A DNA stretch of 63,367 nucleotides from IMG/VR virus record IMGVR_UViG_3300013137_000021, positions 1 through 63,367 of that record; one strand, 5' to 3'. The position numbers and the translations under genes are program-made. Under the pieces are notes generated by a model. It made no database searches. It worked only from the letters and a program-made list of their open reading frames with translations, and was not told the origin of the DNA. The stretch is from a virus. Taxonomy: Duplodnaviria > Caudoviricetes. Positions 28,197-37,232 of the stretch are shown in pieces (the first letter of the stretch is position 1; every line of letters begins with the position of its first letter).

Positions 28197-30610
28197 TAGT
28201 ACGGCGACCCCCAGTTGGTTCCATAGGCTCCGAAGTTCTGCGCTGCATCACGCCGATTGGTTTCACGAATAGTTGTTCGTAAGGCTTCGCCGTCAATCTC
28301 CACATGATTCTCGACATGGATATTCGCGAGGCGTTCGCCCAAATCCATGATGGTTTGCTTTAGTGAAGCCAATAAGTCGCTGGTAGCAGATTCACCCGCG
28401 GAGGGCGCAGCGAGTGTGCCCGTGGTATCGGTTGGTGTGCCGGGTGCGATTGGAGCGTATTTGGGGACATTCTCACCTACCCATCCTGCCACTACATTAA
28501 CGTTCTGTTGATATCGCCAATAACGCTCCGCGAAATTGTTCAGACCGAGCCCGCCAGCGACACCTTCTTTTGTAATGTAGTCTTGTGGCCTGTTGAACAG
28601 GTTGAGCGCCTTGTCGAGCCCCAGGTATTTCCCCCATTCCGAGGCTTTGGCGTGGTTCTCTTTGCCAACCGAGTTTTCAATGATCCCACCCCAAAAACCT
28701 TGCATACCTTGGTGCACCATTGAACGCCATTCCGCCATGAATTTCACAAACGTCTCAACCCCGCTGTAGAGAGCTTCGGCAGCCGCTGTGCCAGCTTGCA
28801 TACTGGTATTTGTTCCCCGGAAATATCCTCCCAAGGTATCAATGGCCGTGGTGATTGATGCGGCAAAACTCATCACTTGTTCAGACTTCTGCGCCATGAG
28901 ATCCCACTCGCTCATCATGTGAGCCCATGCGTTTTTGAGCCGCATATACCGAACATCTTGACCCAGGCCCTCAGCAATAATTTCCTCCAACTTCCGGGCC
29001 TTCTCTTCTTCGCTGAGGTTCTTATCTTCCTCAATACGTTTTAATTGTTGCTCCATCTTCGCGAAGTACCCAGGCGTCAACATCATCTCAAGTTGCCCGC
29101 GCCATTGTGGGTCAAAACCGATCTGTTTCAGTATGCCCGGTCCAAACTGGTCCTTGGCTTTCGCGTACCATTGAGTCATCCGCTTGAACCAGGCAACGGG
29201 ATCCTTGGCAAACGCCTGCATGAATATGGTTCCGATTTGTGCGTTGAAACTTTCTTTCGCAGGCCCTCTTAAATCCTTCAGTTGACCGAATAGTTTTGGA
29301 TCTGGACCACCAGCAGCAAAAAGCTGCATCAAAGGAACGCCGCCCTTTTCCAAGAAACTCCTCATGCCACGAGCGCCTAATTGGGGCTTCTGACCACCGG
29401 AAACGAGTGCGCCATACATAGCAAGGATGTTCTTGGTGCTCATGCCCAGTTCCAACGCGGACGGCAATGTATATGTGGCTACATTGGCAAGATCACGACC
29501 CCAAGCGTGTGTCGTGATAACCACTGAAGCCACTTCACCCATGACCTCGCCAACAAGTGAGGCATACTGCTTCTGGCCGGTCTCATATTTGAGCCGTTCC
29601 GCTTCGGGCATGAACATTAATTGGGCTTCAGCGGTCTTGGAGAGCAGGCGGGCCATGACTTCGGGCGTGGTTTTGGTCCATTTCCCCACGAGCATGGACA
29701 TTCTTGTCATGCGGTCAACTTGATCTTGCGCCCCTTTGGGGTCCAAATTTGACAACAAGTCCATCGAAAACCCTGATATCACTTCCCCAGCCGCGTCCAA
29801 ATAATCCTTAATCGAGCCCAAATGTGGATTACGTTTGACAAATTCCCACCCTCGCCGTTCCGTGGCGAGTATCTGCTCACGGGACAAATTACTACCTGCA
29901 AGGACTGATTCGGGCTCAACCAGCTTTTCCCGCGCTTTACCGAGAACAACGTTCTCCATAAGCGACTTGGCTCCGTGAATAAGCCCGCCCCACAACATCC
30001 ACCGCATCATAAAAAACGGCACAAACTTATCCATAGACATGCCGAATATGCTGTCATCCTTGGGCACGCGACCGCCCGCGCCGCCACCGGCACCCATCAC
30101 CCTTAGCGGCGTAACGCTCTTGGATGCCCTGGCTAGCGCCTCCATTTGTCTCGTAACAGTTCCTAGTTCAGTCTTGATCGTAGATAATTTGGTCGTGAGC
30201 GGCGCAAATGCGCTATTAAAAGCCGTGGCCATCTTGCCTGTGGCAGCCGTGGCGGTAGTGGCGAGCGAATTCATCAATGTCTCCATCCGTGTGATGGAAT
30301 CCATGATTGCAGCCTTGGGCACGCGACCGCCCGCGCCGCCACCGGCACCCATCACCCTTGGCGGCGTAACGCTCTTGGATGCCCTGGCTAGCGCCTCCAT
30401 TTGTCTCGTAACAGTTCCTAGTTCAGTCTTGATCGTAGATAATTTGGTCGTGAGCGGCACAAATGCGCTATTAAAAGCCGTGGCCATCTTGCCTGTGGCA
30501 GCCGTGGCGGTAGTGGCGAGCGAATTCATCAATGTCTCCATCCGTGTGATGGAATCCATGATTGCAGCCTCGCCCTTGACACCGTATGCTATGCCTATCT
30601 GCTGATCCAC
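28196..30610 (-). CDS. Tape measure protein
   Basis: 804 aa, helical A/M-rich, follows the chaperone genes. Confidence 0.8.
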   Translation of the reverse strand: MDQQIGIAYGVKGEAAIMDSITRMETLMNSLATTATAATGKMATAFNSAFVPLTTKLSTIKTELGTVTRQMEALARASKSVTPPRVMGAGGGAGGRVPKAAIMDSITRMETLMNSLATTATAATGKMATAFNSAFAPLTTKLSTIKTELGTVTRQMEALARASKSVTPLRVMGAGGGAGGRVPKDDSIFGMSMDKFVPFFMMRWMLWGGLIHGAKSLMENVVLGKAREKLVEPESVLAGSNLSREQILATERRGWEFVKRNPHLGSIKDYLDAAGEVISGFSMDLLSNLDPKGAQDQVDRMTRMSMLVGKWTKTTPEVMARLLSKTAEAQLMFMPEAERLKYETGQKQYASLVGEVMGEVASVVITTHAWGRDLANVATYTLPSALELGMSTKNILAMYGALVSGGQKPQLGARGMRSFLEKGGVPLMQLFAAGGPDPKLFGQLKDLRGPAKESFNAQIGTIFMQAFAKDPVAWFKRMTQWYAKAKDQFGPGILKQIGFDPQWRGQLEMMLTPGYFAKMEQQLKRIEEDKNLSEEEKARKLEEIIAEGLGQDVRYMRLKNAWAHMMSEWDLMAQKSEQVMSFAASITTAIDTLGGYFRGTNTSMQAGTAAAEALYSGVETFVKFMAEWRSMVHQGMQGFWGGIIENSVGKENHAKASEWGKYLGLDKALNLFNRPQDYITKEGVAGGLGLNNFAERYWRYQQNVNVVAGWVGENVPKYAPIAPGTPTDTTGTLAAPSAGESATSDLLASLKQTIMDLGERLANIHVENHVEIDGEALRTTIRETNRRDAAQNFGAYGTNWGSPY
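30058..30570. repeat. 255-bp in-frame tandem duplication within the tape measure gene
   Basis: 30058-30312 versus 30313-30567; only two substitutions seen by eye. Confidence 0.95.
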
Positions 30611-30612
30611 GG

Positions 30613-30864
30613 TTATCTTCCCGCCTGTCTTTGCTCGAATTCACGTTGCTTCATGTATCGTCGCCACATGTCCCGCCGCACCGAGGTGGGCCAGGACATG
30701 ACTTCACTACGTGGTTGCCTCAAATGGTAAATCAGGTTGAATGTTTCTTGCTCGAAAGCATCCAAATCGGCTCCGAACAACGGCACTAGCGGGGTAAGAT
30801 CCTTGTAGCCCCACTGTGTGAGACTCCCTCCAATTGCTATACCTACCCCGCCGGTAAGAAAAAA
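30613..30864 (-). CDS. Tail assembly chaperone C-terminal extension (-1 frame)
   Basis: Open -1 frame entered at T TTT TTC (30864-30858); ends 2 nt before the tape measure start. Confidence 0.7.
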   Translation of the reverse strand, partial: FFLTGGVGIAIGGSLTQWGYKDLTPLVPLFGADLDAFEQETFNLIYHLRQPRSEVMSWPTSVRRDMWRRYMKQREFEQRQAGR

Positions 30865-31580
30865 CGGCGGTCCATGAACAGATTGAACATCTCCTTGTCG
30901 CCACACTGCTGGCAGGCCAAGGTGATGTTCGGGTCATAGCCGCAAATCAGTTCTTCCCGCATTCCCCGGATGCGCTCATGGTCCCGCGGGGGCAATGCAA
31001 TCACGTCCCGGTAAGAGATCGTCTCCACCCCGCCGAGGCTTCGGAGGCATTGCATGTCCGATAGATTCGGGTCGATTCCACCAGCATCCGCGGCAGCACT
31101 CAGGATCGTCGCCTCCTTTTTCCCGGTGATCATCCCGACAACGGCCCGTTTGCCAGAGCGCGGCAATACGTCCTCAACTGTGGGGTCGTTGGGATTCGGA
31201 CCCCATCGCAATGGTTCCACATAAGGCAAGCCATCCGGGTTATCGTCCGATTGCGGAAGTATCGACTTAGCGTGCGAGTTGGGGAAATTGCACTTGGAAC
31301 ACTTCCTGTTTGATTTCAAGAAATCACCGTATCTCACACGGAATATTGCAACCAACAGGTATTCGATATCTGGCACGAGAAGCGCTTGAATATCCTGAAC
31401 CGTGCAATTTTCCTTGCCGTTCAAGGAGACGACGCTCTTCGCCGCGTACCGTGCGGCAAATTCCCAGTGCGGCAGGTTGAACTTCAATATTTCTTTATCC
31501 GCCGCGCCATTCCCCTCACGCACAACAGCCTCAATGCCGCTCACGGGAAGCAGGATAGTTTCGACTAGTTCTTCATTCAT
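30843..31580 (-). CDS. Tail assembly chaperone / hub assembly protein with CxxC pairs
   Basis: Between tube and tape measure; LPVSG and LPRSG repeated halves, CSKC, CQQC. Confidence 0.7.
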   Translation of the reverse strand: MNEELVETILLPVSGIEAVVREGNGAADKEILKFNLPHWEFAARYAAKSVVSLNGKENCTVQDIQALLVPDIEYLLVAIFRVRYGDFLKSNRKCSKCNFPNSHAKSILPQSDDNPDGLPYVEPLRWGPNPNDPTVEDVLPRSGKRAVVGMITGKKEATILSAAADAGGIDPNLSDMQCLRSLGGVETISYRDVIALPPRDHERIRGMREELICGYDPNITLACQQCGDKEMFNLFMDRRFFLPAG

Positions 31581-31581
31581 G

Positions 31582-32055
31582 TCACATCACGCTCGGCTTT
31601 CTGAAGTCGTAAGCGATGTGAACCTTCTCCAGAAGCGGCTTGTCTATTGAACTCGCATCGCGCTTGCCGGGATCATGAACGCTCACAAGACAATTGAAAT
31701 AATCCCACGACCTGACGGGATTCATCTGGTTGTCGAGGTCCTGAATAGTCAGCATGATCGCAGGCATCGCGCTGTCACCATATCCAGTCTCCGGGTTTTG
31801 CGCCCCATCCGCGAGTTGCGTCCAGAAGCCTCGTTCACTGCCCGAAATCGGAATCACATATTCGAGTTCCATGTCGTCAAACTCGACCTGACCGGGCTCT
31901 TTGTGGGGATGGTTCATGCCGCCGCCATAGATTTTCATGATTCCGTTCTTGCGCTGGCCAGGTGTGACACTCTGACACAATGCCGCGTCCATGCCGTTCA
32001 CCAAGACCCTATAACGGAATTCCTGAATCTTGGGTATTGCCATTATTTGATTCAT
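31582..32055 (-). CDS. Tail tube protein (T4 gp19-like)
   Basis: FRYRVLVNG, KEPGQVEFDDMEL, LEKVHIAYD; directly after sheath. Confidence 0.85.
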   Translation of the reverse strand: MNQIMAIPKIQEFRYRVLVNGMDAALCQSVTPGQRKNGIMKIYGGGMNHPHKEPGQVEFDDMELEYVIPISGSERGFWTQLADGAQNPETGYGDSAMPAIMLTIQDLDNQMNPVRSWDYFNCLVSVHDPGKRDASSIDKPLLEKVHIAYDFRKPSVM

Positions 32056-32074
32056 TTATCGTTACCTCCTGTTG

Positions 32075-34309
32075 TTACCGGCGAATCCAACCGGGCAACG
32101 TGTGCATGGACGAAAAGTTTGAATACAGTTCGCCCGTCGCGAGCACGCCAACCTCGAACTCGAAATACTCAATGTCCTGTGTAGGCTGAACCAGCACACG
32201 AGCATGGTAGATCCGCTGTTGGATCTCTTCTTCCGTGTTCAGCACTGCGCCCCGCAGTGCGCCGGTATCATCAAAAACGGCATGCCTGTCCGTTTCCAAC
32301 TCAAAAGAGTAGATGTCTCCACGAGCCTTCCATATCCTGAGTTGCGGCTCCAATATCCGATGGACCTCGCCCCAGGTATCGGGATGGTTCGGCTTGTTGA
32401 TGAACTGCCGGAGCACGGGCATGAACATCTTCTTCATTGCGAGCAGGAAGTTCATGATACCAATGCTCTGCATAGACGAATTGGCTATCAGCGTAGTGTT
32501 CTGTTGCCAGAAGACCGCGCCTTCGGTTCGAGTCAATTCAAGGAAATTGATCTGATTGTCCGCAAACTCATCCTGATAGCCGGGATAGGAAGCCAGGTTG
32601 AAATCAATGCCTTCAACCATCTGGACCGTGCCGAACTCAGGACCCGCGGGGGCACGCGAGGTATCTTGAATCTTAGCAAGGCATACCGCCCACAAGCCAA
32701 GATTTGAACACGCTTCTCTGTGGGCGTCATACTTGGCGTCATAGAGTGTCGGTCTGCCGAACTGTAGCGCAAGGTGAGCGTTGTTCCACTTCTCAAACGT
32801 CCAAGGGCTTTCTCCGTTGCGGTACTCAAGCGCATCCTCCGGGTCGCCGCCGGACGGGACCATAATGTGCGCCATGAGTCCTCTGTCCTCGCAATATGCC
32901 GTCAACGCTTGAGCCACGGCGTAACTCGTGGTCCCCGGAATGATGTAATGCAGCGCCATGTCTGTGCGGTCGGATATGATGTCCGCCGCATAAATGCCTG
33001 TATGGGCAAGTTCGTCACCAATCCAGTCGTTGTCTGCAAAGTCCGCCAAGCCGTCGTTGCCGCCGGTAAGCGCCACGCCGGTTGTTGAATACGCGGGCCT
33101 GTTGTTCGGAGCCGCGCTGACGGAAGCAAGGTCCGTCACTGTAATCAACTTGGACCGCGCGTTAATGTAGTTCACCACATACCGGTCGCTCTCCGGGTCC
33201 ATATTGACCTGCTTCCAATATTCATTAAGCCCCCCCTGCTCGGAATAGGTAACTTTCACGTCGAAACTGCCGTTAGTGTCGAGCCGGTTTTCCATAGGGT
33301 AAACTTTCAGCCCGTCACCCCAGACGCCAGGGTTTTTCGCTGCAAACGTGAGGGTGTCCTGAACCGTGCCCACGCTGCCGGAATGCACATCGTTGTCCAC
33401 GCCAAGAGCGGTCGTGCATGTGCTGGTGTTCTTGACCTGCAATGTTGCGCTTGCGCCGGTCTCGGTGGTCCGTATAGTTAGCACACCGCCAGATACGGAC
33501 AGTGAGGCCCCGAGCACGTCAGCAAGGTCAGCCTGAATCTGCGCGGCGCTTCGTATCCCGGCAGTGAGAGTGAAGGTCTGATCCGACTGCCCGTGAATCG
33601 CCAGTACAAGGCTGTCCGTGCCCGCCGTAGCGTCATAAACCGCGACGGTTAATCCCAAGTGAGTGTACGCATCATTGGTGACAGCTTGAATCTCCAAATC
33701 GTCGGTTACAACGTTCGCTGTAACCTTGATGCGTCCGTTGGCTACCGTAGCGGTAAGGTAATCCGTTCCGGCGTTTATCTGTCCGGCCACGGTCTCTGCC
33801 GTGATGCCAGCGCCCACCAGTGTGACGGTCTGCGCGTCATGTGTCCCTACCTTGACCTTGAACGCATCTGAGGCCCCCACGCCAAACGTAAACGGCCCGA
33901 CTTCCGTCCCTGTCACCGTTCCCGCTGCCGGGGCAGTAATAGTGAACGGGTCTGGGTCCGTCGCTATAGATGCGGGCAGTTGCGCCGCCCCCTGATCCTC
34001 CAGCGTCACAGACGAGGCCACGGCGGTCATCGTGCTGGGATCTGACGCATCCGTGCAATGCACGACACGCATAATGATGAATTTGGCCCCCTGCATGAGA
34101 CCTATTTTGATAACCAATGGGTCAACGCTGCCGGTGAATGTGCGGCCAAACCAGCGTTCGTACTCATCGACGCTTGTAACCGGCACAGGGGTCCAGAGGG
34201 GACCACGTTCCGCCTGTATCAGCGCAAACACGTAGCCGGCCATAAGCTGCTTGACATAGAGCGAGAGGTCGTTAAACGACCAGATTACTCGTGCGGCTCC
34301 CATTCCCAT
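32075..34309 (-). CDS. Tail sheath protein with two inserted repeat modules
   Basis: AERGP..VTSVDEYERWFG, AKNPGVWGD, LTGGNDG, KPNHPDTW. Confidence 0.92.
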   Translation of the reverse strand: MGMGAARVIWSFNDLSLYVKQLMAGYVFALIQAERGPLWTPVPVTSVDEYERWFGRTFTGSVDPLVIKIGLMQGAKFIIMRVVHCTDASDPSTMTAVASSVTLEDQGAAQLPASIATDPDPFTITAPAAGTVTGTEVGPFTFGVGASDAFKVKVGTHDAQTVTLVGAGITAETVAGQINAGTDYLTATVANGRIKVTANVVTDDLEIQAVTNDAYTHLGLTVAVYDATAGTDSLVLAIHGQSDQTFTLTAGIRSAAQIQADLADVLGASLSVSGGVLTIRTTETGASATLQVKNTSTCTTALGVDNDVHSGSVGTVQDTLTFAAKNPGVWGDGLKVYPMENRLDTNGSFDVKVTYSEQGGLNEYWKQVNMDPESDRYVVNYINARSKLITVTDLASVSAAPNNRPAYSTTGVALTGGNDGLADFADNDWIGDELAHTGIYAADIISDRTDMALHYIIPGTTSYAVAQALTAYCEDRGLMAHIMVPSGGDPEDALEYRNGESPWTFEKWNNAHLALQFGRPTLYDAKYDAHREACSNLGLWAVCLAKIQDTSRAPAGPEFGTVQMVEGIDFNLASYPGYQDEFADNQINFLELTRTEGAVFWQQNTTLIANSSMQSIGIMNFLLAMKKMFMPVLRQFINKPNHPDTWGEVHRILEPQLRIWKARGDIYSFELETDRHAVFDDTGALRGAVLNTEEEIQQRIYHARVLVQPTQDIEYFEFEVGVLATGELYSNFSSMHTLPGWIRR

Positions 34310-34310
34310 G

Positions 34311-34601
34311 TTATTGCACCTCCTCTATGTCGATTTCCCCGCGCTTTTTCATTTTTGTGATGATGCCGTCCTTGCCGTCCGGTTTGACCAGGAGCAGCTT
34401 CTCGGCTGGGATCGGCGCGGAAATGTGATCCGTTTTCTGAGGATGCCACGCGCCCAATCGTATGGTCGTGCCGTCAATAAGCGGGATTTCCTGCGGTTGA
34501 CGCCTCTTGTTCGTCACCCGGAACATGACAGGAGCGGGCTTCGAGATTGGCGCCACGCCCGGAGCTTCCGGCGAATCATTGGATTTCTTCTTCAGGGCCA
34601 T
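34311..34601 (-). CDS. Hypothetical protein
   Basis: AAGGAGG RBS, operonic. Confidence 0.65.
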   Translation of the reverse strand: MALKKKSNDSPEAPGVAPISKPAPVMFRVTNKRRQPQEIPLIDGTTIRLGAWHPQKTDHISAPIPAEKLLLVKPDGKDGIITKMKKRGEIDIEEVQ

Positions 34602-34613
34602 GATCGGGCCTCC

Positions 34614-35195
34614 TTATGATGCAGAGATAGTCAGGTCGATGGTTGTTATTGAGGCATTCGGCCACGATGTCAGGCGGTCTATCCATACCGGCCGTACGTC
34701 GTAGACGAACGATGTCCTGAACTCAGGAATGCTTAGATCGTCCAGGTTAATCGGTTTGTCATGAACGAACATGGGTGATTGTCCATCCAACAGAGGCGAA
34801 TAATCGGGAGGAATGACCGAATACATGGCCTGCAACAGAAAGTCAGAATGAGTCCGGTTCGTCGCCATGACGTGAAACTCATAGGGAATCGACAACGGGG
34901 TAGGGTAGGGCTTACGGGTGTAAGACGCTGGCCCTGTGACTTCTCCACCGCCCATGCTTCGGGGCAACTCGGTCGTTATCTCCTCTTCCGAAGGGACGAA
35001 GAGCCATTCCGATGCCCTACGGTCTTCCTTGATCTCGTGATGCCCGAGCCTCTGCCAACCAATGCAAGGCGGCTCTACTTCACCCTTTTCGCGACCAGGA
35101 ATATACGGATAGACTTTGACCGCGACGCCTGCCAGCTTGATTAACGCAAGCCGTTCGGTAATCTTATTTTCGAGCAACGTGATAATGTTACTCAT
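34614..35195 (-). CDS. Probable tail terminator/completion protein
   Basis: Synteny upstream of sheath; PTPLSIPYEF motif. Confidence 0.6.
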   Translation of the reverse strand: MSNIITLLENKITERLALIKLAGVAVKVYPYIPGREKGEVEPPCIGWQRLGHHEIKEDRRASEWLFVPSEEEITTELPRSMGGGEVTGPASYTRKPYPTPLSIPYEFHVMATNRTHSDFLLQAMYSVIPPDYSPLLDGQSPMFVHDKPINLDDLSIPEFRTSFVYDVRPVWIDRLTSWPNASITTIDLTISAS

Positions 35196-35698
35196 GCTGC
35201 AAGAGCCTTCTGCAAAGCTTCTTCGTAGATGCTTCGCACTCGTACCTGAATGTTGAGTGCCGCGGGTTGAAACAGCGGTCGCGGCGGGCCGTGCATTTCG
35301 CCTCGCTCGTGACCCGCAATTGTTGCTGCAACAAAGGACGGAATCCTATGCGGAGTTGTGTGATGTCTGACCATTTTTTCCAGAGCTTCCGGCCATGCTA
35401 AGCCGCCCGGTAGTCCTACCCAACCGCCGAATCCTTGTCTCACGGTCTTCACTTTCCGCGTGGCATAATCTGATCGTATCAATGGCCGCGTGCTAAATCC
35501 CTTGTCAGCCTTCTGTTTTCTCCACTTAGCTTCGTTTTCCCGCCAACCATAAGCGTTGCTGTTCCAGCTAGTCACGATCTCTTTCAGAATCACATCGCCC
35601 GCCTTCATCGCGGCCGCGGCGAGTTGGGCCTGAAACCTCTGGGCAAATCCATTGGTGATCTTGCGAAACGCTTTTATGTCGATGTTGATCCGAATCAT
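35192..35698 (-). CDS. Probable neck/tail-completion protein
   Basis: Basic protein with HERG..PPRPLFQP motif; synteny. Confidence 0.6.
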   Translation of the reverse strand: MIRINIDIKAFRKITNGFAQRFQAQLAAAAMKAGDVILKEIVTSWNSNAYGWRENEAKWRKQKADKGFSTRPLIRSDYATRKVKTVRQGFGGWVGLPGGLAWPEALEKMVRHHTTPHRIPSFVAATIAGHERGEMHGPPRPLFQPAALNIQVRVRSIYEEALQKALAA

Positions 35699-36345
35699 CC
35701 GAAACTCATCACTCCAGGCTTGGAAGCGTTCAGTTCAACCGCCTTTCGCACCGTGATCCTCACCATGCCCTGCACCGCGCCAATCGGGCCGTAAGCGTCA
35801 ATGACCTGCTCGTCAGTGGCAAAATCCCATCGTTCACCCGAAATAAGCAGATGCCCGCCTATTTCCAGCACGGGTACGCCCCGGCTGGTATTGAAGCCTT
35901 TGTGAAAACACAGGATCTTTTCGGCGCGGTTCCACATGCCTAACTCGTCTATCTTCAGCCCTTCGCTCGATTCCTTGTCCCTGTTCCAGCGGCATGTCAG
36001 CAGTCCGGTAGAGGCGTGAACGACCGTCCCGCCTTCGGTATATTCACCAGTGCCCGCTATGGGGTCGCCGGTATCCGCATTGAATAGTTCAAATGTGCTG
36101 CCGGTTATGTTTCTCGCCTTGTATGTGCCGTTTGCCGCTTCGTTGCCTTCCACATCAGCAACCGTCACCAGGGCATACTCGGGAAAGGGCGCATCATCTA
36201 CCGTAACCACAATGGGCGTGGCATTGCTGGCGTCCATAACGGTCAATGTCCGCTCGGGCGGCACATAAGTCACATATTCGCTAGCCTTCCACATGAAGCC
36301 TTGTTCCTCTCGACGTTGTATGCTAGCGAGAATTGAAGCCCTCAC
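35695..36345 (-). CDS. Probable head-closure protein with inserted beta-domain
   Basis: GTGA coupling to the upstream gene; ASNATPIVVT..GNEAANG..GEYTEGG insert. Confidence 0.6.
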   Translation of the reverse strand: MRASILASIQRREEQGFMWKASEYVTYVPPERTLTVMDASNATPIVVTVDDAPFPEYALVTVADVEGNEAANGTYKARNITGSTFELFNADTGDPIAGTGEYTEGGTVVHASTGLLTCRWNRDKESSEGLKIDELGMWNRAEKILCFHKGFNTSRGVPVLEIGGHLLISGERWDFATDEQVIDAYGPIGAVQGMVRITVRKAVELNASKPGVMSFG

Positions 36346-36752
36346 GTCCTGTCTCCCCACGCAACAAGTCCACAACCGGGCCAGGAATTTGGATTCTTGG
36401 CCGACTCGTCATCCAATAGACCCGCACCCCTAGCTGCGCCCGCCTTCAGGTCCTTAATGACCTGCCGGAGCGTCTTAAAAAACTCTGACCTGCTGGGCAA
36501 CCTCACACGTTCCGGACCCTCACCCAACTCCTGAACGTCATCCATGTAGACCTGAGAAAAGCGGAACATCAGGGCTTCGAGCACCAACGCCGCGACGTAA
36601 TTGCTCTGAGCGTCAGTGAGCGTGACATCACTCCAACCCTGCTCGGCCTTCTTGGAAACGATATAGATCGAGAGGTCATCCTCAATAGTGTTGTCCAATG
36701 CCAGCGCAGGTCGGATATGGACTTTCACAAGTTCTGTGATATCAATCGCCAT
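36342..36752 (-). CDS. Probable head-tail adaptor
   Basis: Size and position after the capsid genes. Confidence 0.55.
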   Translation of the reverse strand: MAIDITELVKVHIRPALALDNTIEDDLSIYIVSKKAEQGWSDVTLTDAQSNYVAALVLEALMFRFSQVYMDDVQELGEGPERVRLPSRSEFFKTLRQVIKDLKAGAARGAGLLDDESAKNPNSWPGCGLVAWGDRT

Positions 36753-36768
36753 TCTCTAAACTCTCAAA

Positions 36769-36850
36769 GGGGCCTGGGATGCTGGGAAAGGAGGATATAT
36801 AGCCAGCATCCCTAATTGATTGGCCCCAATGCGGCGAGGCTTTAGGCCCC
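36769..36850. promoter_or_regulatory. Structured intergenic element; inner hairpin displays CCUCCUUUC (anti-SD-like) on the mRNA strand
   Basis: GGGATGCTGG/CCAGCATCCC perfect stem (36776-36812), loop GAAAGGAGGATATATAG; outer GGGGCCT/AGGCCCC. Confidence 0.55.
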
Positions 36851-36914
36851 TCGTTCTTGGGTCTCACGTCGATGGGCCGGAAGTCTCTTCGACCTCTTCC
36901 CTCGCCACACCAAT

Positions 36915-37223
36915 TTATCGTTTAACCTTCACCGGTTTGCGTTTCGGCTTAACTGCCGGTCGCGACACTTTCCGGGGAAGGGGCTTAGGTTCCTCAACAG
37001 CGGGTGGCGGCGGGGCTGCTTCCTTTGCCACCCCCTGAGCCGGAGAAGGCGGCGCAAAAGCCACCTTTTCCTTCACGAACTTCAAACCGCCCTCGTTGAG
37101 CCATTCCCGAGTTTTTTTTCCGATTGGCTCGGACAGCGGTTTGATTTCATTAAGCTTGATCCGAAATCCCGTCTCCGGGTCAGTGAACTGAGTGCCCGGA
37201 TTGCTCAGACATACTTTTTCCAT
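36915..37223 (-). CDS. Small basic Pro/Lys-rich protein
   Basis: Directly after the major capsid gene. Confidence 0.65.
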   Translation of the reverse strand: MEKVCLSNPGTQFTDPETGFRIKLNEIKPLSEPIGKKTREWLNEGGLKFVKEKVAFAPPSPAQGVAKEAAPPPPAVEEPKPLPRKVSRPAVKPKRKPVKVKR

Positions 37224-37232
37224 GTCCTGCCC

